Assembly (NCBI GenBank): GCA_963662285.2
Contig: CAXXMV010000006.1
Coordinates: 1,088,001-1,152,000, forward strand
Length of the DNA stretch: 64,000 nt
Source: a bacterium
Lineage (GTDB): Bacteria; Hinthialibacterota; Hinthialibacteria; Hinthialibacterales; Hinthialibacteraceae
Direction of reading: 5' to 3'
Shown here: positions 21,207 through 30,586 of the stretch, one piece after another
How the letters are laid out: each line of letters starts with the position of its first letter
Numbering within the stretch: the first letter of the stretch is position 1
Notes under the pieces: generated by a model
Databases searched by the model: none
Seen by the model: the letters and a program-made list of their open reading frames with translations, nothing else
Told to the model about the DNA's origin: nothing
Translations under genes and position numbers: made by a program

Positions 21207-23285
21207 TCAAAACCGATATGTCAGTTTGCCGTATACGCCCCGCTCGGCTTCGGTATATTTCGTGTATATACCGGTGGCTTCATGCGTTTGATCGTTAAGC
21301 AAATTCTTTCCAACGACGCTCACTTCCAACTTATCGGTTGGCTTCCATCCAAGTCTGAGATCGAGCCTTCCATGCGTAGGAATTCTCCAATTGTTAATTT
21401 CATCGATCCAATAATAAGATGCATCAAACTGAATATCTTTGGTGAGATCGAAATAGGAATTAATTTTGAACTGATGATGGGGAGAGGCGTCTTCTAGAGA
21501 ATAAGAAAAGATATCCATAGAATTATGTTTACGGTGCAATTGTATATCCAAGGCCGAGTAACTGGCCATCAGTTTCCAAGAATCTGTGATTTGCGTGTTA
21601 AGCGCCAGTTCTGCTCCATAAGTTTCTCCATCAATATTATTGCCTACATATGAATCTACTATATAATGAATAATCGGATCATTGAATAGAATGGGATGTT
21701 CAAAATCCGGATCGACTGTCATATTATCTTTAATCATATTGTAAAATGTGTTGAGTTCGATGGATAAGTTCTTATTCGCTTGAAGCCTTTGGCCGATTTC
21801 GAAAGATAAAATATTTTCTGAACCCGCATGACCTTCATAACTTAAACGCATAAGCATAGGGATGTTTGAACCGGGGAAATAATCGGCTAAATTAGTATAA
21901 CTTTCCTCATTTTCTCCCCGGTAATAATGTTGGGCGGATCGAGTAATGGCCGCCCAAAGCGTATACATTTTTGTTGGAGTATAAGTTAATTTTACGCTGG
22001 GCTGATAATCAAAACCGGAATAATCGCTGTATTGGAGTTGAGTGCCTAAAGATAGGTTTAGCTTTTCTTCAATAATTGTGTAGTTATCTTGAATGAAAGC
22101 TGTGAATGTTTGATCGTTGGCGCTTGGCGGCTCGAATTCACACCATAAATCCGGTTCAACTTCATCCGATACGAGCCGATATCCGCTTCCCACAATGAAT
22201 TCATGATTTGGAAAAGGATCGAACTGGTATTGAAAATCCGTTTTCAAAGTCTGATATTTCCAATATGCGAGAAAATCATTTTCTAGTGAAAAATAGTCGT
22301 AATAAGAAAGCCATTTCATCTTGGATCCGTCTTCAAAAGTATGGTCCCATTGAACCTGCAAATCGAAACCTTTCTTATCTTTTTCGTATCTCTCTTTGAC
22401 AGGATATAATTCTGAAGGAAGATAATTTGGAGTATGCCAATTGAACCAAACGTCATCTTGAAACGCGTCTCCTTGAAATGTAAGTTCATCCTGCTGAGAA
22501 AACTGCCAATCGATTCGAAATCCCGCCTTAGCTAACGACCAATCATCTACTGAATGGCTTCCGTCCACATCGTTGAATGAATCGACGTCTTTATATGTTC
22601 CGTACAGTCTGTAAAAAGCATCGTCGCCCATTTTCCCGCCATATCGGAATGTCCCTTTATACAAATCCGTCCCTACAATACCGGAAAGAAGACCCCCCTG
22701 TGTGTCTCTGGCATGTTTTGTGATGATATTGATGACGCCGTTACCGGAATTGGTACCCCAAAGCGTACCCCCCGGTCCCCGGATGATTTCAATTCGCTCG
22801 ATGTCTTCCAATGGATAATCTTGTACATTCCAAAATATCCCTCCCCAAATATAATTATTCACTTGGCGGCCATCAATCAATACCAACAAATCAACCGCGT
22901 ATTCGTTCGCCAAGCCTCGGGTACCAACAATCCATGTACTTGAATCTGCGTTGCCGACAAACAAACCGGGTACCATACGCAGAAGATCGGGGATATTTGT
23001 AGCAGCGGAGCGGGAGATATCCGTAGCGGTGATGACATAAGCGGCGGCGGGCGTTTCCCAGACCTTCTCCGGCCTCTTGGAGGCAAGCGAGATATATTCT
23101 TGAACGATGATATCCCCCAGTTCGTCGATATCTTTAAGAAGAAGTTCTTTTAGTCCACTGGATGCGTCCTCTTCGACGGCATCAACAGGAAGAGTGAACA
23201 GCATGAATAGAATCGCCAGGCAAGCGATTTGCCGCAATAGCTGGTTAACGCTAAATAGAGAATTTTTTCGTATGGATTCATACAT
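21207..23285 (-). CDS. TonB-dependent receptor, copy E
   Basis: Same motifs. Start set at MYESIRK (23285) by homology to copies C and D (the ORF track starts at 23303). Confidence 0.92.
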   Translation of the reverse strand: MYESIRKNSLFSVNQLLRQIACLAILFMLFTLPVDAVEEDASSGLKELLLKDIDELGDIIVQEYISLASKRPEKVWETPAAAYVITATDISRSAATNIPDLLRMVPGLFVGNADSSTWIVGTRGLANEYAVDLLVLIDGRQVNNYIWGGIFWNVQDYPLEDIERIEIIRGPGGTLWGTNSGNGVINIITKHARDTQGGLLSGIVGTDLYKGTFRYGGKMGDDAFYRLYGTYKDVDSFNDVDGSHSVDDWSLAKAGFRIDWQFSQQDELTFQGDAFQDDVWFNWHTPNYLPSELYPVKERYEKDKKGFDLQVQWDHTFEDGSKMKWLSYYDYFSLENDFLAYWKYQTLKTDFQYQFDPFPNHEFIVGSGYRLVSDEVEPDLWCEFEPPSANDQTFTAFIQDNYTIIEEKLNLSLGTQLQYSDYSGFDYQPSVKLTYTPTKMYTLWAAITRSAQHYYRGENEESYTNLADYFPGSNIPMLMRLSYEGHAGSENILSFEIGQRLQANKNLSIELNTFYNMIKDNMTVDPDFEHPILFNDPIIHYIVDSYVGNNIDGETYGAELALNTQITDSWKLMASYSALDIQLHRKHNSMDIFSYSLEDASPHHQFKINSYFDLTKDIQFDASYYWIDEINNWRIPTHGRLDLRLGWKPTDKLEVSVVGKNLLNDQTHEATGIYTKYTEAERGVYGKLTYRF

Positions 23286-23330
23286 AATTGATTCTCCCGT
23301 CATTGCTTCATTTTACTATTACAAAAATCC

Positions 23331-25412
23331 TCAAAACCGATACGTCAGTTTGCCGTATACGCCGCGCGGGACTTCGGAAGCGAAATGCCAATATGCTGAC
23401 AATTCTTCTCGATGGCGGTCATCCAAAATATTATGCGCTGCAATGCTCATTTCCAAATTTTGGGTAGGTTTCCAACCTAATCGCATATCGAAGCGAGTAT
23501 AAGCTGGAATATCTTGACGATTATCGACAAAATAGAGAGAGGCGTCTAATTCCAAATCCCACGGAAGGTCAAGATAGGAATGGAATTTAATTTGATTGTG
23601 AGGGAAATTAGTCTCTCTCCCATCATCATCTCCTAAAAGAAAGCCGCCGGGCGCCATATGCCATTCAAGATCCAATGCTGCGTAACTGGCTAATAAACGC
23701 CAATAATCAGTTACCTTTGAATCAATAACAAACTCCACGCCGTATGTCTCACCATCCATACTATTTGAATATGTATATTGTAATTCATAATATGGGGGTG
23801 GGCCTGCACGTAAAACCGGATCGAGAGTATCCGCTGTCCACAGATCATTATCATTTTTATAAAATGCCGTCAAATCAAACGAGAATCGTTCATTTAGCCG
23901 AATTCGTTGACCGATTTCAAACGATTGAAAATTCTCGGATTTCTTCATTGGGTAGTCAGATCCAAAAAAATAAATCGGAGGCAAAGCAGGATCATAGGGA
24001 TTTTCAAAACATAATATACCATAATACGCTCCCTCTTCTGATCGGCTGGGAATTCTTACGGCGCGTGAAACAGAAGCCCAGGTTGTATAGTTTTGATTGG
24101 GTGTATACGCCAGCCTTGCCGATGGTTGAAACTCAAAGCCAGTGTAATCATTATGCTCAAGTTTAGCGCCTATAGTAAAATCAATATCTTCGCAAATGTT
24201 GATCGTATCTTGTAAAAAGGTCGAAATGAGTTGCGGCGTATCAGGTTTTGGATGAAATTCGATAAATTTATTAGTATAATCATCAAATAAAACACGGTAA
24301 TTAATGCCTATGATGGCATCGTGATGTGGGAAAGGACTAAAGCGATACTGGCCATCAAGATCAAAAATATGAGATTCGAAGCCAAACATTATATCAAAAT
24401 CGTACGCGAAATAATCGTAATAGATCTGTAATTTTAAGTCGGAGTCGTCTTGAAGGCTCTTATCCCAATTCAATAAAAAACTAACGGCTTCCTGATTCAC
24501 GCTAACGCCATGATAATCAATTCGATAAGGTGGTCCAATCACTGGACGTGTTGTGGAATTATGATTCAAACCGTTTAATGCGTTTACCTGAAACATAAAT
24601 GCGTCGTCATCAGTAGGATTCCAATCAAATCTAAATCCGGCTTGTTCCATGTTCCAATCATCATGTGCATCATTACCTAACTCATCTTTGAATTCGTCCA
24701 CATCCCTGTATTTACCGTAAACGCGATAATACAAGTCCTTGTTAATTGCTCCTCCATATCGTACGCCGCCTCCAATTTCGTTAGTTCCTCCCAATATGTT
24801 GAGAAATCCACCTTGAGTTTCTTTGGCATGCTTTGTAATAATATTTATAACGCCATTTACTGCATTTGACCCCCATAAAGTCGCGCCCGGTCCACGAATG
24901 ACTTCAATTTGTTCGATATCTTCCAAAATGTAGTCTTGCGCGTTCCAAAAAGTGCCTGATAGTACAGGACTATACACAGAACGCCCATCTATCATGACCA
25001 ATAAATCTCTTGTTAAGAGCCATGTGTAACCACGCGAGCCGATCGTCCATGTATTTGCGTTCATATTACTGACGAGAAAGCCGGGAACCATACGCAAAAG
25101 ATCAGGTATGGTAGTGATACCTGAGCGGCGAATTTCCGTCGAAGAAATGACATACGCAGCAGCAGGCGTTCCCCACAACTTATCTTCTTTCTTGGAGGCG
25201 CTATAGATATAGACAGGAATATCCCCCAGTTCATCGATATCGGTCAGAAGAAGTTCCTTTAAACTCTCATCAGAAGAACTTTGAGATTCTTGAGCAAAAC
25301 ATTGAAAGAGTAACATGGATGATAATGAAAAGAGAATAAAAAAATATAATACAGAATATCGAATTGATGCCGCGTAAAAAGACATCTCATTCTGTTTTTT
25401 TGAATTGAGCAT
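23331..25412 (-). CDS. TonB-dependent receptor, copy F (first transcribed, most divergent)
   Basis: Canonical GSNAVNGVINIITK and SRAVRIPSR motifs, C-terminal KLTYRF. ATG at 25412 has a GGGAG RBS (the ORF track starts at 25460). Confidence 0.92.
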   Translation of the reverse strand: MLNSKKQNEMSFYAASIRYSVLYFFILFSLSSMLLFQCFAQESQSSSDESLKELLLTDIDELGDIPVYIYSASKKEDKLWGTPAAAYVISSTEIRRSGITTIPDLLRMVPGFLVSNMNANTWTIGSRGYTWLLTRDLLVMIDGRSVYSPVLSGTFWNAQDYILEDIEQIEVIRGPGATLWGSNAVNGVINIITKHAKETQGGFLNILGGTNEIGGGVRYGGAINKDLYYRVYGKYRDVDEFKDELGNDAHDDWNMEQAGFRFDWNPTDDDAFMFQVNALNGLNHNSTTRPVIGPPYRIDYHGVSVNQEAVSFLLNWDKSLQDDSDLKLQIYYDYFAYDFDIMFGFESHIFDLDGQYRFSPFPHHDAIIGINYRVLFDDYTNKFIEFHPKPDTPQLISTFLQDTINICEDIDFTIGAKLEHNDYTGFEFQPSARLAYTPNQNYTTWASVSRAVRIPSRSEEGAYYGILCFENPYDPALPPIYFFGSDYPMKKSENFQSFEIGQRIRLNERFSFDLTAFYKNDNDLWTADTLDPVLRAGPPPYYELQYTYSNSMDGETYGVEFVIDSKVTDYWRLLASYAALDLEWHMAPGGFLLGDDDGRETNFPHNQIKFHSYLDLPWDLELDASLYFVDNRQDIPAYTRFDMRLGWKPTQNLEMSIAAHNILDDRHREELSAYWHFASEVPRGVYGKLTYRF

Positions 25413-25610
25413 ATCTCTTCTCCCATGAAATAAAGGATAATAAACATTAACATAAATCAATCGATAGATAAATAGAATATATGTTTTTGGAATAGTAATA
25501 ATAATTTGATTTAATTTAAAATTGGATGAGAATCATGAAAATTATCTGAAAAATAAGTTAAATTCTATTCATTTCATTTCCCTTAAGTCATGTAATAATA
25601 GATTCTTATA

Positions 25611-25641
25611 TGGATAAAGTAGTGAAAAGCCGGGTTGCAGC
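25611..25641 (-). promoter_or_regulatory. Shared promoter-like motif GCTGCAAC-N17-TATCCA upstream of the receptor array
   Basis: Third occurrence of the motif, about 200 bp upstream of copy F. Confidence 0.4.
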
Positions 25642-25761
25642 CATTATTTTGATTAAACGAACTTCTGGGGGTAGGTTGGAGCGCAAAACGGCCTCTACGC
25701 AAATAGTCCACTGCTGCATTCAACCTGCCAGGATAATCTGCAGTTTAGAGCGTTTGTCAAA

Positions 25762-25827
25762 ATTATGTTCATTTCTTATTCTGATGCGGCGGGGCGATTC
25801 TTTTCCCTGTCTCTGGATGAAATTCAT
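25762..25827. repeat. ~65-bp direct repeat, partner at 28704-28768 (end of the transposase remnant)
   Basis: Core ttattctgatg(c/a)ggcggggcgattcttttccctgtctctggat is shared. Confidence 0.8.
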
Positions 25828-26282
25828 TAGGCAATGCTTTGGATGGAGGGATATCCTTGGTTTCTTTGATCCATAAGTCCTCTATTCTGCACGCACGTTG
25901 CTGACAAACAGTGGTTCAGCGGCGAAAGCGCAAAATGACAAAAAAAGGAATCCTATCAATAAGATAGTTCTCAAATACATCAAGCGTGATCAGGCTATAG
26001 TAATACTCCGAACATGGTTTGAATAATTGAATATAAGCAATCTCAAAAAGTATTAGGCCCCTGATTAGAACTATCAGTCATTTATCTTATCAGAAGATAT
26101 GGCTTCTTGAAAAGACTACTTAAATATTTTAAAAAACCGTAGACTTCTCAATTTATTTCTGGAACAATATGCAATGATTCATGAAGACTCTAACCGCAAC
26201 AGGTAGTTAGATAACGTAATCCATTCTGTTTGGAAAGACATCATAACTCATCTAATCTCAACGAAGACAGAATTTTTCGGGA

Positions 26283-28523
26283 GTGTCGGATGATATGAAC
26301 ACTCAAAACAAGCAATCTAAACGGGAAAACCTATCGTGGATCGACGATTTTTGGGGCGGATTGGCCGCTATGCTGGTGGCCTTGCCTTCCGCCATCGCCT
26401 TTGGGGTTCTCGTTTATACGGCGCTGGGTTCTGAATACGCCGGGCAAGGAGCTATGGCTGGTATACTTGGTGCGGCTGCACTCGGTATTACAGCGCCGTT
26501 GTTTGGACGCACGGGTGGATTAATTTCGGCGCCCTGCGCACCAGCCGCCGCAGTTCTTTCGGCACTGGTGGCGGGGCTTATGACCGAAAATTACGGGAAT
26601 GGCTTTGATGCTGACAGCATTATCGCTCTGATGGCGTTGACCGCCTTGTTCTCGGCGGGTCTGCAAATCTTCTACGGCGCCATCGGTGGGGGACGGTTAA
26701 TCAAGTTTATTCCCTACCCGGTAGTTAGCGGCTATCTATCCGGGGTGGGGGTGCTTATTGCCCTGGGACAGCTCCCCAAGTTATTTGGTCTGGCAAAAGG
26801 AACACCGCTCATTCAGGGATTGATCTCCCCGGAACTTTGGCAATGGCACGGGCTGGTTGTTGGACTTGTCACCATGACGGTGATGGCGATCGCGCCACGC
26901 ATTACGGTAAAAGTACCTGCCGCCATTCTTGGCCTCCTAAGCGGTTTACTCGCCTATTTCGTACTCGCCTTTTTTTTTACGAATCTTCTAGAAATACAGA
27001 ATAATCTGCTTATTATTGGTCCGATCCAAACTTCAGGTTCATTTTTTGACGTTGTAGCCGATCGTGCGAAATCACTGTTGTCGATTAATCTCATCTCTGT
27101 CCAGCTTGTTATCATTCCGGCTCTTACCCTTTCGGTTCTCTTGTCCATCGATACGTTGAAGACTTGCGTGGTGCTCGATGTTCTGACCCATAACCGGCAT
27201 AAATCAGACCGTGAACTCATGGGTCAAGGGATTGGCAATCTTATGGCCTTTTTGTCAGGTGGTATGCCCGGTGCGGGAACGATGGGACCGACTCTGGTCA
27301 ATGTGACCAGCGGCGGCCGCACTCCGCGCTCTGGTTTTCTTGAAGGCGCATTTGTCATCCTAGCGCTCCTGCTCCTTGCCCGGCTGATCGCCTGGGTGCC
27401 CATTGGCGCTCTTGCTGGAATTCTGTTGATTATTTCCTTCCGAATGTTTGACTGGAGTATGTTCCGGCTGTTGCGCTACTCCACCGGGCGCTTGGATTTT
27501 GCGGTCATCGCCGTCGTAATTCTTGTCTCCGTGACCGTGGACTTGATCGCGGCTTCCGGAGTCGGCATCGGTCTCGCTATCCTCTTGTTTATCCGGGATC
27601 AGATTAGGGGATCCGTCATCCGCCGTAAGATGTATTTGAATCAAACTTCTTCCAAAACCCGTCGTCTGGCGGCAGAGCGTACGTTGCTCAACCAATATGG
27701 AGACCAAGGAGTTTTTTGCGAACTGCAGGGCAATCTTTTTTTTGGCACCACCGATCAACTTTTTTCTCAATTAGAGTCGGATTTGCAAACAAGACAATTC
27801 ATTCTCTTGCACTTACACCGCGTGCAATCGATCGATTACACGGCGGCGCATCTATTTAAGCAGATGCATTCGCAATTGGCAGAGCGCGGCGGGCGGCTCT
27901 TGTTGAGCGGCATGTCTTCCGTTCTGTTTGACCAGCATGACTTCGAGTATTACCTGATCCAACTGGATACTGATAATGATCACGGCGTTTTAGTTATGGA
28001 AACACTCGACAACGCCTTAGAATGGATTGAAGATAGCATTCTGGAAACGGCGGGAGCGCCAAAAAAAGACGAGGAGCGGTTGCTTGAACTGAATGAGTTT
28101 GACCTGTTCCGCGATTTCGATGAGAAAATAATGAGTGGGATTTCTGCTTGCATGCACGAGTTAAGCGTTAAAAAGGGACAAAAGATTTTCTCCGAGCACG
28201 ACCATGGAGATGAGATTTACCTGGTTCGCCGGGGCAGCGTCCGTATCCTTTTACCCCTGGAAGGGAAAAGGCGCTTTCATGTTGCCACTTTTGGTCAAGG
28301 AGACTTTTTCGGCGAATTGGCCTTTCTTGATTGCGGCGTCCGCTCTGCCGATGCCGAAGTAAAGGTTGATACTGATCTTTATGTACTCTCCCGCCCGCGT
28401 TTCGACGTGCAGGCGCAGTCCGATACTGATTTTGGTGTTAAAGTTTTCGCCCGGCTGGCTCTAGAAATTGCTCATCGTCTTCGTCAGACCGATGTGGAAC
28501 TACAAGCGCTTGAGGAGCGTTAA
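26283..28523 (+). CDS. sulP: SulP/SLC26 anion permease with STAS and cyclic-nucleotide-binding domains
   Basis: DFWGGLAAMLVALPSAIAFG, LIKFIPYPVVSGY and ELMGQGIGN; STAS LQGNLFFGT..VQSIDYT; cNMP domain GDFFGELAFL..RSA. Confidence 0.92.
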   Translation: MSDDMNTQNKQSKRENLSWIDDFWGGLAAMLVALPSAIAFGVLVYTALGSEYAGQGAMAGILGAAALGITAPLFGRTGGLISAPCAPAAAVLSALVAGLMTENYGNGFDADSIIALMALTALFSAGLQIFYGAIGGGRLIKFIPYPVVSGYLSGVGVLIALGQLPKLFGLAKGTPLIQGLISPELWQWHGLVVGLVTMTVMAIAPRITVKVPAAILGLLSGLLAYFVLAFFFTNLLEIQNNLLIIGPIQTSGSFFDVVADRAKSLLSINLISVQLVIIPALTLSVLLSIDTLKTCVVLDVLTHNRHKSDRELMGQGIGNLMAFLSGGMPGAGTMGPTLVNVTSGGRTPRSGFLEGAFVILALLLLARLIAWVPIGALAGILLIISFRMFDWSMFRLLRYSTGRLDFAVIAVVILVSVTVDLIAASGVGIGLAILLFIRDQIRGSVIRRKMYLNQTSSKTRRLAAERTLLNQYGDQGVFCELQGNLFFGTTDQLFSQLESDLQTRQFILLHLHRVQSIDYTAAHLFKQMHSQLAERGGRLLLSGMSSVLFDQHDFEYYLIQLDTDNDHGVLVMETLDNALEWIEDSILETAGAPKKDEERLLELNEFDLFRDFDEKIMSGISACMHELSVKKGQKIFSEHDHGDEIYLVRRGSVRILLPLEGKRRFHVATFGQGDFFGELAFLDCGVRSADAEVKVDTDLYVLSRPRFDVQAQSDTDFGVKVFARLALEIAHRLRQTDVELQALEER

Positions 28524-28681
28524 AGCACGTTTTCCGGCTTTCCTGGATCACATTGTTTTAGCCAGCGGCGTCCACTTTGACAATTCCGGAAGTATAAAAA
28601 AAATCTCCTTCTAGTGAACCTATCATAGTACGAAAAGAAGGAGATTAAAATAACATATTAGAACTTAAATATTTTCGTTGG

Positions 28682-29447
28682 TTATGCAAATTTTATAGAG
28701 AAGATTATGCTCTTTTTTATTCTGATGAGGCGGGGCGATTCTTTTCCCTGTCTCTGGATAAAATCCATGTGCAACGCTTTATCGGCCATGCGGATGCGGG
28801 GACGCCAGCCTTTCAATATTTTCTGGATGCCCGTGTAATGCTTGGTGTGAGGATCGTAGTAGAAATCCCGTTGCGCGGGAGCGTCAACCTCGTTGGCATT
28901 GAAACGCAGCAGTTGTTCAACGGTGTCCGTGGTTGACAAATATCCCAATTGAACCCGTTGGCCATGTACGGATCGCTTCCCCCGAAAGCGTGTGATTAAA
29001 TATCTGTTCGATTTCCTGTCGCATGCGCTGGCTGTAATTATATTTGGTTTCCTGGTAGATGACGTGAAACCTCATGCGGATTTAGGATTGGATAGACGGC
29101 GTCGATTTTTTGCGTGAGCTGCGGCCAGCCAGAACTCTGGACAATTCATCGTGATCGCCTTTTTTTAAGGCGTCGCCCCACCGCTTCATGGTTTTGGGAT
29201 CGATCCCGAAAACTTGATGCAAGACCGTCGTTTTCAGTTTGGCGTTATAGAGCCGGGCCACCATCAACTTATATTGAACATGCTCCCGGTCATCCGGGAT
29301 GGTCTCTAATATTAATGCGCTAAAATAGACATGCAAAATATTATTTTCTGCATCTTTATAAACGCTAAATACCGGATTTCTTTTATCAACGCCTAAGATG
29401 GCTTGCAATGAGTGGGAATAATGAATCATAAAATCCTCCCTTTCCAA
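28682..29447 (-). pseudogene. Degraded putative transposase (two fragments, internal deletion)
   Basis: Fragment 29082-29447 has an HTH-like FGIDPKTMKRWGDAL. Fragment 28682-28948 has FYYDPHTKHYTG..KILKGW..ADKALHMDFI, recalled from a family of long putative transposases. The frames are broken. Confidence 0.6.
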
Positions 29448-29565
29448 GTTGTTCTTTACGAGAAGATTTTATGGGATATGCAGATTTATGTAAATTTTAC
29501 CTATTTATCAGGATTTGTTTTTGCGATTTTTAGGGGGGATTTTTAGGCTATTTAGTGAGTTCTGA

Positions 29566-29823
29566 AACTGGAAAAACAATGTTGAGCCGAATAATTCCTT
29601 TAACCGCTGCAATATATACGGCGTAAAAAATGCTCCGGAAGGATTTATAGAATGGTGCAAATTCCGCGGCAGTGTTGAGATAAAAACCGATGTAGAATGG
29701 GGAAAATACAAAAACCCCTTAACTCCGGCGCCGGATATTATGAAATTTCAACCTGAAACTTCTATTGATGTTAAGGTAATGATTAAAGAGATTAATGAGC
29801 AAGAAACAATCAGACCGCATTGA
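29566..29823 (+). pseudogene. Start-less 3' gene fragment (NIYGVKNAPEGFIEW..VEIKTDVEW)
   Basis: Open frame of 85 codons after an in-frame stop, with no start near its 5' end, next to the transposase remnant. Resembles, from memory, C-termini of some pentapeptide-repeat proteins. Confidence 0.35.
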
Positions 29824-29859
29824 GTTAAAGTGGTTTTCAAAACAACGGCCCTAGTTACA

Positions 29860-29897
29860 ATCCGCAGAAGCTAATAAAAAAATTGGTTTCTGCGGAT
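29860..29897. terminator. Hairpin between convergent ORFs
   Basis: atccgcagaagctaat-A6-attggtttctgcggat, a 16-bp stem with two G-U pairs. Confidence 0.45.
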
Positions 29898-29936
29898 ATT
29901 ATAGACGTTATCAACCGAAAAAAAATCAGGGAATCT

Positions 29937-30197
29937 CTATACAAGAAATAGGAAACCGATGATAGCGATTGCCCACCAAAGAAAACCTTCAACAGCCTTA
30001 TCCAACAACCAGAAATAGATTAATGAAATAATAAATACGATAGGGCAGTAAAATATTAATTCCTGAAATGGTATGCCAGCGAAAAAACTCAATACAAATA
30101 CAAGTAAAGAATAGATTAATGCGCACCAATAAGGTTTCATATCACGCATTAGTTGAATTAACGCGCTGATAATCACTATTTTTAGTAGAAGAATCAT
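29937..30197 (-). CDS. Small hypothetical membrane protein
   Basis: 86 aa, about 4 hydrophobic segments, AGGA RBS upstream. Confidence 0.6.
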   Translation of the reverse strand: MILLLKIVIISALIQLMRDMKPYWCALIYSLLVFVLSFFAGIPFQELIFYCPIVFIISLIYFWLLDKAVEGFLWWAIAIIGFLFLV

Positions 30198-30418
30198 GAT
30201 CTAATATTGTCCTTTTCATCAATTCAACATTATTTTTATTCTCAACGAGTAAATCGGTAGATATATATTTAAATAGGTTGAACCGAATAGTAAACGCTTC
30301 TTCTCAATTGCGTCCAAGATAATTCGCTTTATAGAAAGGCTGATAAGGGAGAGATTTCTCTTCAGAATCAATAAGCCTACTACTGAAGTCAATCATGAAT
30401 TATAAATTTTCAATCAAG

Positions 30419-30567
30419 ATGCAGGGACGAACCAATGCGTCCGTCCCTGCATTATTGTATTACCAGTTATCTCAACTAACGGCTTTATGGGCTTTGGTTA
30501 TGGCGTCGATTACGCGGTTGTTCATTTCCCGGGTGAATTTTGGTCCTATCCTGACTTGTACGAAGGT
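30419..30567. repeat. Duplicated 3' end of the DegT aminotransferase gene plus terminator hairpin
   Basis: 30472-30567 matches 32284-32379 at 93/96 nt. Hairpin atgcagggacg..cgtccctgcat (30419-30452) corresponds to 32232-32261. Confidence 0.9.
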
Positions 30568-30586
30568 CGGGCTTTATCATATTATA

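Noticed and set aside
14824-23330. CRISPR-like or ncRNA interpretation of the repeated 45-bp spacers
   Set aside because: The repeats are 2.1 kb apart, are simply the intergenic RBS regions of duplicated genes, and no cas genes are present
12745-25412. Receptor array as a diversity-generating retroelement target or an assembly artefact
   Set aside because: There is no reverse transcriptase in the window and differences are not confined to adenines. The interiors are strongly divergent with intact frames, so this is not a simple collapsed or duplicated assembly
29844-29912. Integron attC site downstream of the small membrane gene
   Set aside because: AAC..GTT flank a hairpin, but the R boxes pair poorly, there is no second site and no integron integrase; a terminator explains it
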